Shown here: positions 26,856-35,556 of the stretch, piece by piece
Layout: each line of letters opens with the position of its first letter
How positions within the stretch are numbered: position 1 is the first letter of the stretch
From: Frankiaceae bacterium
GTDB lineage: Bacteria; Actinomycetota; Actinomycetes; JAFAQI01
DNA length: 53,250 bases
Direction: 5' to 3'
NCBI GenBank assembly: GCA_025929315.1
Contig: JAICMI010000004.1
Span: 1 to 53,250 of the forward strand
Program-made: the position numbers and the translations under genes
The notes under the pieces: model-generated
What the model was told of the DNA's origin: nothing
The model's database searches: none
The model's input: only the letters and a program-made list of their open reading frames with translations

Positions 26856-27983
26856 ATGGACTTTGCGCTCGACGAGCACCACCAGGCCTGGGTCAAGGAG
26901 GTCCGCGAGTTCCTGCGCGCCGAGTTCGACGTCGAAGCCGAGGAAGAGTCACGTCGACGTGGTGGTGAGGCGAGCGGCCCGGTGCTGCGCAAGTTCCGCG
27001 CCAAGATGGCGAAGCGCGGCTGGCTCGCCCTGACCTGGCCGGTCGGCTACGGCGGCTCCGGCCGGACCACGTTCGAGCAGTTCCTGCTCATGGACGAGTT
27101 CGCCTACTGGGGTGCGCCCGCCATCGACCTGACGGCGAGTGCGGTGGCGCCGACCATCATGCGGTTCGGCACCGACGCGCAGAAGAAGCGCTGGCTGCCC
27201 GCCATCTTGTCCGGCGAGGTGGAGTGCGCGATCGGCTACTCCGAACCTGATGCCGGCAGCGACCTCGCGTCCCTGCGCACGAGCGCTCGTCGCGACGGCG
27301 ATGTGTGGGTGGTCAACGGCGAAAAGCTCTGGAACACGGGAGCCGAGTTCGCCACGCATGAGTGGCTGGTCGTGCGCACGGACCCGGATGCGCCAAAGCA
27401 CAAAGGCTTGTCGGTGGTCATGGTGCCGATCGACGCGCCGGGTGTGACCGTGCAGCCGATCGTCACCTGGGGTGGGATCCGCACCAACGCGGTGCACTTC
27501 GAAGATGTCCGTGTCGATGCCGACGCATTGATCGGCGCCGAGAACGACGGCTGGCGTTACGTCACGACCGCGCTCGACTTCGAACGGGTGTCGATCGGCG
27601 TCACCGGCGGGCTGCGCCGCTTGTACGACGAGACGCTGCGCACGATCACGTCGTACGAAGTGGATGTCCGGCATGGGCTCGCTGAGCTGTCCGTCAAGAT
27701 CGAGAACGCGCGGCTGCTCAACTACCGCGCCGCCTGGATGGTCGACCAGGGGCTCATGCCCAACGCGGAAGCGTCGATGACAAAGGTCGTGACGACCGAG
27801 CTGCAGGCGTCGTTGTCAGCCGCGGTGCTGGAGCTGGTCGACCCGACGTCGTTCGCCGCTGAGCTGGCGCGGCACCTGTACCGGCAGGCGCCCTACCTGC
27901 GTTTCGGTGGCGGCACCAACGAGATCCAGCGCGACATCATCGCCCAGCGCGGCCTAGGCCTTCCGCGAGGCGCGTCCCGGTAG
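26856..27983 (+). CDS. Acyl-CoA dehydrogenase, catalytic subunit (FadE26/FadE29-like)
   Basis: GYSEPDAGSDLASL, NGEKLW, LDFER, FGGGTNEIQRDIIA. Confidence 0.88.
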   Translation: MDFALDEHHQAWVKEVREFLRAEFDVEAEEESRRRGGEASGPVLRKFRAKMAKRGWLALTWPVGYGGSGRTTFEQFLLMDEFAYWGAPAIDLTASAVAPTIMRFGTDAQKKRWLPAILSGEVECAIGYSEPDAGSDLASLRTSARRDGDVWVVNGEKLWNTGAEFATHEWLVVRTDPDAPKHKGLSVVMVPIDAPGVTVQPIVTWGGIRTNAVHFEDVRVDADALIGAENDGWRYVTTALDFERVSIGVTGGLRRLYDETLRTITSYEVDVRHGLAELSVKIENARLLNYRAAWMVDQGLMPNAEASMTKVVTTELQASLSAAVLELVDPTSFAAELARHLYRQAPYLRFGGGTNEIQRDIIAQRGLGLPRGASR

Positions 27984-27999
27984 AACGAGCGGCCCGACT

Positions 28000-28071
28000 C
28001 GTGATCTTGACGTTGGCGACGGTCTACGCGCGTGATCTCGACGTTCTAACGCCGAAAACGTCAAGATCACG
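28000..28071. repeat. 72-bp element with 15-bp perfect terminal inverted repeats and an internal near-copy (REP/MITE-like)
   Basis: CGTGATCTTGACGTT (28000-28014) and AACGTCAAGATCACG (28057-28071); internal CGTGATCTCGACGTT (28031-28045). Lies between convergent genes. Confidence 0.8.
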
Positions 28072-28083
28072 GGGCGTGACTTG

Positions 28084-29742
28084 TTAGCCGGTGGCGAGGT
28101 GGAAGGCTTGGATGCCGGACGCCGGCTGGAGCGGGTCGACCGCGTGACCGAACGCCTTGTACTCCAGGTCCGTCTCGCGCGTTCCTGAACCGACCACGAC
28201 GGTCGAACCGTCGACGACCGCCGTCGATGATGGCGGACCGAGCACCGGTGACTGCCACAGCGGCAGGCCCGTCCTCGTGTCGATGGCGATCACCGAGAAC
28301 GTCGTGGTGTCCGGGATGAACGCGACACCGTTGACGATCGACGTGTGCGCGTAGGACGGGCCCGCGAGTCGATAGGTCCAGTCGATGTGACAGGTCGCCG
28401 GGTCGAAGCCGCGCACCGAGACGGTGCTGTCGACGGCCTGGCCCGCTGAGTGCGGCACGGGGATGGCGGTGGTCCCGACGACCTGCACCTTGCCGCCCGG
28501 GAACGTCTCGACGGCAGGTGTCCCGAGGAAGCCACCGATCCCGAAGCCGCTCTGCAGGCCGCCTTCTTGCCCGACGTGGCAGACACTCACGTTGGCGCCG
28601 GTCATCTCGTCGCGGACGTAGTAGTCACCGCTCTTGCGTCCTTCGCCGACGACAGTGCGGCCGTTCAACGTGAAGATGTTGGGCGAGGCACCGAAGTCTG
28701 CGTCGCGATCAGCGTCGGCGATCTGGGCCTTCGGCGTCGCCAGAGCGTCGGCGGGCCGGAAACGCCACCGCAACCGGCCAGTGGTCGCATCCAGCGCAAC
28801 CATGCTCTCGGCGTAGTTCTCATGTGCGGCGTAGGCCTTGTCGGCGTATGAGCAGCTCGCCGTGCCAAACGCGACCACGTCGCGGGCGGCGTCGACAGCC
28901 GGGGACGACCAGACGCCGCCGCATCCCCAGCCCTGACCGGAGCCGATCGTCAGGCCGCGCTCGCCGGTGTAGGTGTCACCGGTCTCGACGTCGTACTTCC
29001 ACAACGGTTTGAAGTGCCACTGCTTGGCGCCCGGCTCGAGCCGAACCGCGATCAGTCCGGTGCGACCGACGTGCGGGTCGTTGTGCACATCGATGCCGAC
29101 GTAGATGCGGCGCACACCGTCGGTCGTCGCGACCGCCGGCGACGACTCCACCTCGGCGACCGGAGCCGCGTCGCTGCTGTCCTGCTGCTTCTGCAGCGCG
29201 GGAGTGCGTGGATCGAGGTCGATCGTGGCGAGCTCCTTGCCGGTCTTGGCGTCCAGCGCCCAGAGGCTCGACCCGCCACCGAACAGCACCACCTGCCGTT
29301 CGCGGCCACTGGCCGGGTCGCGGTAGGGCTCGATCGTCGCGCTGGACACGATGCGGCCGAACGCGGTTCGGGCGTGACTGCTGATCGCGAACGTCCAGCG
29401 CACGGCACCGGTAGCGATGTCGATCGCGTAGAAGGTGCCGTCCCAGGACCCGACGTAGGCCGTCCCGGCGGCGATGGCCGGTGAAGCGGTGATCGAGTCA
29501 GGGGTGTGCATCACCCACGCCGGCACCAGTGTCGACGCCGTCGTCGCGTCGATGGGTGAGCAGCCTGCTCCAACGTTGAAGCTGTGTACGACGCCGGCGC
29601 CGAACGATCGCCAATCCGGACTCGCGCACTTCTGGCCGGCGCCGGGAGTCGCGACGGCACACGTCGCGCCGACCAACGAAGCGGTAGCAACAACAGCCCC
29701 GACGAGACGTCGCCGAGACACGCCGAGTGGCCTGCCGGCCAC
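28084..29742 (-). CDS. Secreted (Tat-like SRRRL) PQQ-binding-like beta-propeller, paralog of 22809..24299
   Basis: DWRSFG, GSWDG, VESSPAV, GGVWSSPAVD, DADFGASP. GTG start overlaps the upstream TAG. Confidence 0.8.
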   Translation of the reverse strand: MAGRPLGVSRRRLVGAVVATASLVGATCAVATPGAGQKCASPDWRSFGAGVVHSFNVGAGCSPIDATTASTLVPAWVMHTPDSITASPAIAAGTAYVGSWDGTFYAIDIATGAVRWTFAISSHARTAFGRIVSSATIEPYRDPASGRERQVVLFGGGSSLWALDAKTGKELATIDLDPRTPALQKQQDSSDAAPVAEVESSPAVATTDGVRRIYVGIDVHNDPHVGRTGLIAVRLEPGAKQWHFKPLWKYDVETGDTYTGERGLTIGSGQGWGCGGVWSSPAVDAARDVVAFGTASCSYADKAYAAHENYAESMVALDATTGRLRWRFRPADALATPKAQIADADRDADFGASPNIFTLNGRTVVGEGRKSGDYYVRDEMTGANVSVCHVGQEGGLQSGFGIGGFLGTPAVETFPGGKVQVVGTTAIPVPHSAGQAVDSTVSVRGFDPATCHIDWTYRLAGPSYAHTSIVNGVAFIPDTTTFSVIAIDTRTGLPLWQSPVLGPPSSTAVVDGSTVVVGSGTRETDLEYKAFGHAVDPLQPASGIQAFHLATG

Positions 29743-30719
29743 TAGCAGCCGGTCTGAAGGACGAGCTGGCCCGACTTGTTGGTGATCGGCGACGCCGGGA
29801 ACGGTGGGGCCACGCCACCACCCGCGACGAAACCACACGTGCCGACGTAGATCGCCGGAAGCGGATAGGGACCCTCCGGTGACCCCTGCGGGTCCGGGTC
29901 CTCGTAGATCTGCAGGCCGGGCTCGACGTAGGTCGTCTGGTTGTGCTTGTGCCACCACGCCATGCTGTGACCGCCGCAGTCCTTGGTCGTGTCGGACGGG
30001 CCGGCGCACGACGGCGGGTCCCAGGTGTGGCCGTCGTAGTTGGCCGCGTCACGCGTCTTGGCGTGCTTGTCGCCGGCCTGGTAGGCCACGCGGCGTTGTG
30101 ACTGTGCGGAGAAGCACAAGCCGTCGGCGCAGGCTCCGAAGCCGGCGTCGGCGCCGGGCAGCGGGTGGGTGAGGAAGAACTGAGTGTCACCGCCGGCGAC
30201 CTGGGTCAGCCAGTCGACTGCGGACAGCGGCGTCACGTTCGCGACGATCGCTCCGCCGTCACTCGGGCCGTTGGAGATCTGCTCGGAGCCGTCGTGCTCA
30301 CCGCTGTCGAGGTTGTCGTCGGCGCCGAAGTAGGCGTGCAGCTCGCCGCTCTGCGGGTCGATCGGCGTGCCCTTCTGGTCGGGCAGCGGGGTGAAACCAT
30401 TCTTGTCGACGCGGGCGCACTTGGCGGTGCCGGTGAAGTCGAGGCAGATCACGACCGCGTTGGCGCTGGTGCCGTCGGGCGTCTGCGGAACCCCGACGAC
30501 CACGTAGCGGTGGTCCTTGCCGGCGATCTGGAAGGTCGCGGCGTAGCACCCGTCTTCGGTGTACTGCGGGTGAGCGCTGTCGTCGGCGCTGGTGCTGCAG
30601 CCCTGCTTGGTCGTGTCGTAACCACCGCCACTGACCGCGAGCGCGGGCACGCTCGCCGCGGCGAGGACTGCCAGCAGCGAGGGGATGACGATCGTGCGCG
30701 GACGAGTGCGGAGCTTCAC
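29742..30719 (-). CDS. Secreted Cys-rich hypothetical protein
   Basis: Signal peptide ending VPALA; GAGGAG RBS before GTG; translationally coupled to the propeller gene. No family recognised. Confidence 0.7.
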   Translation of the reverse strand: MKLRTRPRTIVIPSLLAVLAAASVPALAVSGGGYDTTKQGCSTSADDSAHPQYTEDGCYAATFQIAGKDHRYVVVGVPQTPDGTSANAVVICLDFTGTAKCARVDKNGFTPLPDQKGTPIDPQSGELHAYFGADDNLDSGEHDGSEQISNGPSDGGAIVANVTPLSAVDWLTQVAGGDTQFFLTHPLPGADAGFGACADGLCFSAQSQRRVAYQAGDKHAKTRDAANYDGHTWDPPSCAGPSDTTKDCGGHSMAWWHKHNQTTYVEPGLQIYEDPDPQGSPEGPYPLPAIYVGTCGFVAGGGVAPPFPASPITNKSGQLVLQTGC

Positions 30720-30937
30720 GGGGACTCCTCGCTGGCGGCCTGCTGGGCGCAGGTCTCCGGAGCGATTCGACGGGCGCCCGGAGAGTCCTGCTTTAGGCCA
30801 ATCTTTCAAACTTTTTCCAATAAGACAACAGTCCTCTGCGCCCAGTGAAACCGGGTTCTCCGGAAGTGATGCGATAGTGTTCTGCCACTGCATGTGAGGT
30901 TCTCTTTTGCCCAGCGCAGGCCGAGAGGGTGCGCGAG

Positions 30938-31621
30938 ATGACACAGCCGACCGGACTGTCTGCTCCGGACGCCGTCGCCAGCTGGCGCGAGCGGGCCGTC
31001 GAGAGGTCACTGCGCACCGCCCGAGCCAAGGCCATGTCCCGCAGCGACCGGTTCATCGAGGTCGCGATGGAGCTGCTGAGCGAGACCGGCCGCACCGACT
31101 TCACGGTGCAGGAGCTGGTCGAGCGGTCCAAGACCTCGCTGCGCTCCTTCTACCAGCACTTCGGCAGCAAGGACGAGCTGCTGCTGGCCTTGTTCGAAGA
31201 GGTCATCCGCATGTCGTCGGAGGACTGGCGGCGACTGGTCAAGGCACAGGACAACTGCGTCGCCGGGCTCGAGGCGCTCGTCCTGACCATGTATGCGCAG
31301 GCGATCGACCAGACGATGGGTGGCGTCAGTCGCGCGCTGACCTCTTACCACTTGCAGCTGGCCGAGTCGCGGCCGAGCGACTACGCGCGGGTCCTCGCAC
31401 CGATGCAGGACCTGATCCTCGAGCTGGTCGAAGCCGGGGTGCGCGAAGGCAAGTTCCGCGACGACATCGACGCCGAGACTCTCGCGATGATCCTCATGCA
31501 GACACTCGTCGCGGCCGCCCACATGCATGCGCTCGGCGCCTACCTGACCGGCGGCCCACTCGACGGCGAGCGGTTGTGGGCGTTCTGTCTTGGTGGGCTC
31601 ACCGCTACGAGGAAGTCGTGA
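30938..31621 (+). CDS. TetR/AcrR family regulator
   Basis: HTH FTVQELVERSKTSLRSFYQHFGSKDELL. Confidence 0.92.
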   Translation: MTQPTGLSAPDAVASWRERAVERSLRTARAKAMSRSDRFIEVAMELLSETGRTDFTVQELVERSKTSLRSFYQHFGSKDELLLALFEEVIRMSSEDWRRLVKAQDNCVAGLEALVLTMYAQAIDQTMGGVSRALTSYHLQLAESRPSDYARVLAPMQDLILELVEAGVREGKFRDDIDAETLAMILMQTLVAAAHMHALGAYLTGGPLDGERLWAFCLGGLTATRKS

Positions 31622-31812
31622 TGCAGCTCAAAGTCGATCGTGACCTGTGCGAGGCCAACGGCATCTGCTCCGGGCTCGTCCCGTCCGTGTTCGACCTCGG
31701 CGACGATGACGTGCTCACGATCAAGCAGCCGTCGCCGCCGGAGGACCTGCGTGAGCAGGTCGAGCTCGCGGTCGTGCGGTGCCCGCGTCAAGCGCTCTCC
31801 TTGACTGACTGA
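31621..31812 (+). CDS. [3Fe-4S]-type ferredoxin (P450-associated type)
   Basis: CEANGIC...CPRQAL in 63 aa; TGATG overlap with tetR. Confidence 0.88.
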   Translation: MQLKVDRDLCEANGICSGLVPSVFDLGDDDVLTIKQPSPPEDLREQVELAVVRCPRQALSLTD

Positions 31813-31821
31813 CGCGTCGGG

Positions 31822-32307
31822 CTAGTCGGCGTTGCTCGCTTCGGCGCCGGCCGCTGCGCGCACGGCCGCGATGATGCCCTGGTAGCCGGTGCATCTGCAC
31901 AGGTTGCCCGACAGCCCCTCCCGGATCTGTTCCTCGGTCGGGTCGGGGTTGTCGCGCAGCAGCGCCGTGACACTGACGATGAAGCCCGGCGTACAGAATC
32001 CGCACTGCAAGCCGTGATGCTCGCGGAAAGCCGTCTGCACCGGTGACAGCCCGCCGTCGGCGGCGCCGAGGCCCTCGATCGTCGTGACCTCACGACCATC
32101 CGCTTGTACGGCGAAGACCAGACACGCGCGGACGGCTGCACCGTCGAGCAGGACGGTGCATGCGCCGCACACACCGTGCTCGCAACCGAGATGCGTGCCG
32201 GTGAGACCGCATCGTTCGCGCAGAAAGTCGGCCAGCGTCAACCGCGGCTCGACCGTGCTGCGCCGGACCGTGCCGTTGACGGTGACCTCGACATCACGCG
32301 TGGGCAT
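31822..32307 (-). CDS. Molybdenum hydroxylase small [2Fe-2S] subunit (CoxS-like)
   Basis: GCEHGVCGACTV, QCGFCTPG, NLCRCTGY. Confidence 0.92.
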   Translation of the reverse strand: MPTRDVEVTVNGTVRRSTVEPRLTLADFLRERCGLTGTHLGCEHGVCGACTVLLDGAAVRACLVFAVQADGREVTTIEGLGAADGGLSPVQTAFREHHGLQCGFCTPGFIVSVTALLRDNPDPTEEQIREGLSGNLCRCTGYQGIIAAVRAAAGAEASNAD

Positions 32308-33175
32308 GAAGCGCCTCCTCGCTCGCCGCGCGCCAAGCGCGCGCCACGATCGCGGCTCCCACTCGGCGGCGGTAGGCAGCCGAGCCATGCAGATCCGACG
32401 GCACCGAGTCGAGCGAGGTGACGGCGAGCCGACCGATCTCGTCGGGGTCGACATCGGCGACGAGAGCGCCGACGCTCGCTTCCTCTGCTGAGGGTGCGCT
32501 TTCAGGTACGGAGCCGAGGCCGAGCAGTCCGATCTGGCACCGCCGCACCCGGTCATCGCCGTCGACCTCGAGTGCGACAGCTGCGCCGGCGATTGCGAAG
32601 TCCCCGTGGCGGCGGGCGAACTCCTCGATCGCGAATCCGCATCGTCCCGACCACCGGGGGAACGTGACGGCGGTCAAGACGTCGTCCTCCTGCATCGCCG
32701 TCGACCAGGGGCCCGTGAAGAACTCGGACGCTGGAATGCAGCGGGGGCCGGCAGGGGACAGCACCTCGATCTCTGCGCCAAGAGCGAGAGCGACGGCCGG
32801 GTATTCGGCTGCGGGATCCGCATGGGCGATGGAACCGCCGATGGTGCCGCGGTTGCGGATCTGGAAGTGGCCGATCAGTGGTGTCGCGCGTGCCAGGAGC
32901 GGAGCGGCTGACGCGACCTCGGGCGACCGTTCGATGCTCGACTGCGTGGTAATCGCACCGATCCGCAACGCACCGTCGCGCACCTCGACGCCGGCGAGCT
33001 CGGCGACCCCGCCCAGATCCACGAGGTGGTCGAAGCTGGTCAGCCGGAGCGCGAGCATCGGCACCAGACTCTGTCCGCCCGCCAGCAGCTTGGCCGTGTC
33101 GCCGTGTTCGGTGAGCAACGACAGCGCTTCGGCGGCCGTCGGCGGTGCGTGGTAGTCGAACGCGTTGGGCTTCAC
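32294..33175 (-). CDS. Molybdenum hydroxylase FAD subunit (CoxM-like)
   Basis: LAGGQSL, QIRNRGTIGGS, HADPAAE, RRHGDFA. Confidence 0.92.
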   Translation of the reverse strand: MKPNAFDYHAPPTAAEALSLLTEHGDTAKLLAGGQSLVPMLALRLTSFDHLVDLGGVAELAGVEVRDGALRIGAITTQSSIERSPEVASAAPLLARATPLIGHFQIRNRGTIGGSIAHADPAAEYPAVALALGAEIEVLSPAGPRCIPASEFFTGPWSTAMQEDDVLTAVTFPRWSGRCGFAIEEFARRHGDFAIAGAAVALEVDGDDRVRRCQIGLLGLGSVPESAPSAEEASVGALVADVDPDEIGRLAVTSLDSVPSDLHGSAAYRRRVGAAIVARAWRAASEEALHAHA

Positions 33176-35538
33176 TGCGTGTGCTCGACTCGGGCGCCAT
33201 CGACTCGGGGGCCATCGACTCGGGAGGAATCGATCAGCTCCACCACTCGCGCGGGCGTCAGCGGCAGCTGAGTGATCTCGACACCGAAAGGCGCGAGTGC
33301 GTCGGCGACGGCGTTGATGACCGCGGGGGGAGCACCGATCGCACCGCCTTCGCCCACGCCTTTGTAGCCACCGGCGCCCGGCGACAGTGTCTCCACGTGC
33401 CCGTACTCGATGACGGGCACGTCCGTCGCGGTCGGCAGCAGGTAGTCCATGAAGGTGGTCGTGAGCGGGTTGCCGGCGTCGTCGTAGGCGAGGTGCTCGA
33501 ACAGCACGCCGCCAATGCCTTGAACCGTGCCGCCCGCGATCTGTCCCTCGACGACGTCAGGGTTGATCATCGGTCCGCAGTCCTCGCTGACGACGTAGCG
33601 CAGCAACTTGACGGCACCGGTCGTGATGTCGACCTCGCACGTGCACACGTGGGACGCGTTGGCCCAGATGACCATGGCCGGTGTCTGGTAGCGCGCGCTC
33701 GCTTCCAGACCCAGGGGTACGCCGGCGGGCCGCTTGAACGGTTGGAAGTAGGCGGTGTCCGCGATCTGCGCCAGCGTGACCGCGTCGCTCGGGGAACCGC
33801 GGACGAACGCCCGGCTCTGCGACAGCTCGATGTCGTCCGCCGCCGCCTCGAGGAGCTCGGCGGCGATGGCGAGGAGGCGTGGACGAAGGATCTCCGCCGT
33901 CTCTGCGACCGCTCCCGCGATCATCGAGCCGCTTCGGCTGCCGCCGGTGCCCGCACCGAAGGGTGTGACCGCGGTGTCGCCCTGGATCGTGCGGACGTCG
34001 GCGATGTCGACACCCAGCGCGTCGGCGGTCAGCTGGACGACGGCCGTCTCGAGGCTGTTGCCGGTGGAACCACCCGACACGTAGACGTTGACCTTGCCGG
34101 ACGGCTCGATGCGGATGGTGGCGCCTTCGGTGCCGTAATAGGGCATGGCTGTCGCGGTGGGCTCGACATAGGTGCAGGTGCCGACGCCCAGACAGCGGCC
34201 CTCCGACCGTGCCTGCGCCTGTTCCTTTCGGAACGCCTCGTAGTCGAGGATGCCCAGTGCCTGTTCGAGCGTCTCGCTCGGTGTCATGTCGCTGTAGGGC
34301 ATGCCGTTGGCGTTGGCGCACGGCAGCTCGTCGGTGCGCAGCAGGTTGCGTCGGCGCAGCTCGACCGGGTCGAGCCCCATGCGCCGGGCAGCGATGTCCA
34401 GCACCACTTCGCGGGCAACGGACTCGAACTGCCAGGGTCCGCGGTAGGCCGCGCGACCGGAAGTGTTGGAGAACACCGACGTCGTACGAAACCCTGCGGC
34501 CGGCACCCGGTAGGGACCGGGGAACAACATGCCGACGGCCGCGGCGGTGCCGACCGGCCACGGCGTCGGGTAGGCGCCGATGTCCTGTACGTGGTCGATG
34601 TAGGCACCGAGCAGGTGTCCGTCGTCGTCGAGTGCGAACTTGGCGTCGCCGTGCTCATGGCGTGACATCCCGGCTGCGGTGAGGTTCTCGCGCCGATCCT
34701 CGATCCACTTCAGCGGAACGCGGAGCTTTGTCGCCGCGAGGGCGACGCACATGTCTTCGCGCATCGGCACAACTTTCTGACCGAAGCCGCCGCCGGTGTC
34801 GCGCATGATCACGCGCACTTGGTGTTCGCCGATGCCGAGCAGACGCGCGAGGAACATCCGGACCTCGTGCGGTGCCTGTGTCGCGGCCCAGACCGTGAGC
34901 TCATCGCCGGACCATTCGGCGATCAGCCCGCGGCTTTCCATCGGGACCGGTGCGTATGCCTGTTGGCGAACCGTCACCTCGACGCGATGAGCCGCTGACG
35001 AGAAGACGGTCGTGAGGTCGTCGGACATCTCTGCGCCGAGCGAGCCGGCGACGTTTGCCGGATAGCTCTCATGGACGAGAGCGTCGGACTCGCGCGCGGT
35101 GGCATAGTCCACCACCGGCGGCAACGGGTCGTAGTCGACGTCGACGAGGTCGGCGGCGTCCTCGGCGACGTAGCGGTTGTCCGCGACGACCAGTGCCACC
35201 GGATCTCCGACGAAGCGGACCTCGCCTTCGGCCAACGGTGGTCGCGGTGTGTCCGGGATGTCCTTGCCCATGGACGTGTACCACTGCTCGTGCACGCCAG
35301 GGTTCAGGTCGGCGGCGGTGAAGACGGCGTGCACGCCCGGGAGCGCGAGCGCGGCCGCGGCGTCGATGGCGCCGAGCCGGGCCCGCGCGAGCGGGCTCCG
35401 GACGAAGCAGACGTGCAGCATGCCCGGTCGGACGACGTCGTCGACGAAAACACCTCGCCCTTGCAGCAGGCGCGGGTCCTCGACCCGGCGTACCCGCGTG
35501 CCCGTGTAGCGAGCGGCGCCGGAGATCGGGTCGGCCAT
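33172..35538 (-). CDS. Molybdenum hydroxylase large subunit (CoxL/XDH family, not a CO dehydrogenase)
   Basis: GGGFGQK and KGVGEGG catalytic Glu are present; the active-site loop is AYRGPW. Confidence 0.88.
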   Translation of the reverse strand: MADPISGAARYTGTRVRRVEDPRLLQGRGVFVDDVVRPGMLHVCFVRSPLARARLGAIDAAAALALPGVHAVFTAADLNPGVHEQWYTSMGKDIPDTPRPPLAEGEVRFVGDPVALVVADNRYVAEDAADLVDVDYDPLPPVVDYATARESDALVHESYPANVAGSLGAEMSDDLTTVFSSAAHRVEVTVRQQAYAPVPMESRGLIAEWSGDELTVWAATQAPHEVRMFLARLLGIGEHQVRVIMRDTGGGFGQKVVPMREDMCVALAATKLRVPLKWIEDRRENLTAAGMSRHEHGDAKFALDDDGHLLGAYIDHVQDIGAYPTPWPVGTAAAVGMLFPGPYRVPAAGFRTTSVFSNTSGRAAYRGPWQFESVAREVVLDIAARRMGLDPVELRRRNLLRTDELPCANANGMPYSDMTPSETLEQALGILDYEAFRKEQAQARSEGRCLGVGTCTYVEPTATAMPYYGTEGATIRIEPSGKVNVYVSGGSTGNSLETAVVQLTADALGVDIADVRTIQGDTAVTPFGAGTGGSRSGSMIAGAVAETAEILRPRLLAIAAELLEAAADDIELSQSRAFVRGSPSDAVTLAQIADTAYFQPFKRPAGVPLGLEASARYQTPAMVIWANASHVCTCEVDITTGAVKLLRYVVSEDCGPMINPDVVEGQIAGGTVQGIGGVLFEHLAYDDAGNPLTTTFMDYLLPTATDVPVIEYGHVETLSPGAGGYKGVGEGGAIGAPPAVINAVADALAPFGVEITQLPLTPARVVELIDSSRVDGPRVDGARVEHTQ
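33186..33230. repeat. Imperfect 15-bp tandem repeat x3 at the coxL-like 3' end
   Basis: CGACTCGGGCGCCAT / CGACTCGGGGGCCAT / CGACTCGGGAGGAAT, encoding SSRVDGPRVDGARVE. Confidence 0.75.
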
Positions 35539-35556
35539 CCGGGGATCGTTTCCGAT

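Noticed and set aside
30760-30850. Known riboswitch (c-di-GMP-I, c-di-AMP or glycine)
   Set aside because: Only fragmentary word matches (GAAA, GGCCTAAA, AATCTTTCA); the required stems could not be built by eye.
31822-35538. Aerobic CO dehydrogenase
   Set aside because: It lacks the AYxCSFR and AYRGAGR loops and the cox accessory genes.
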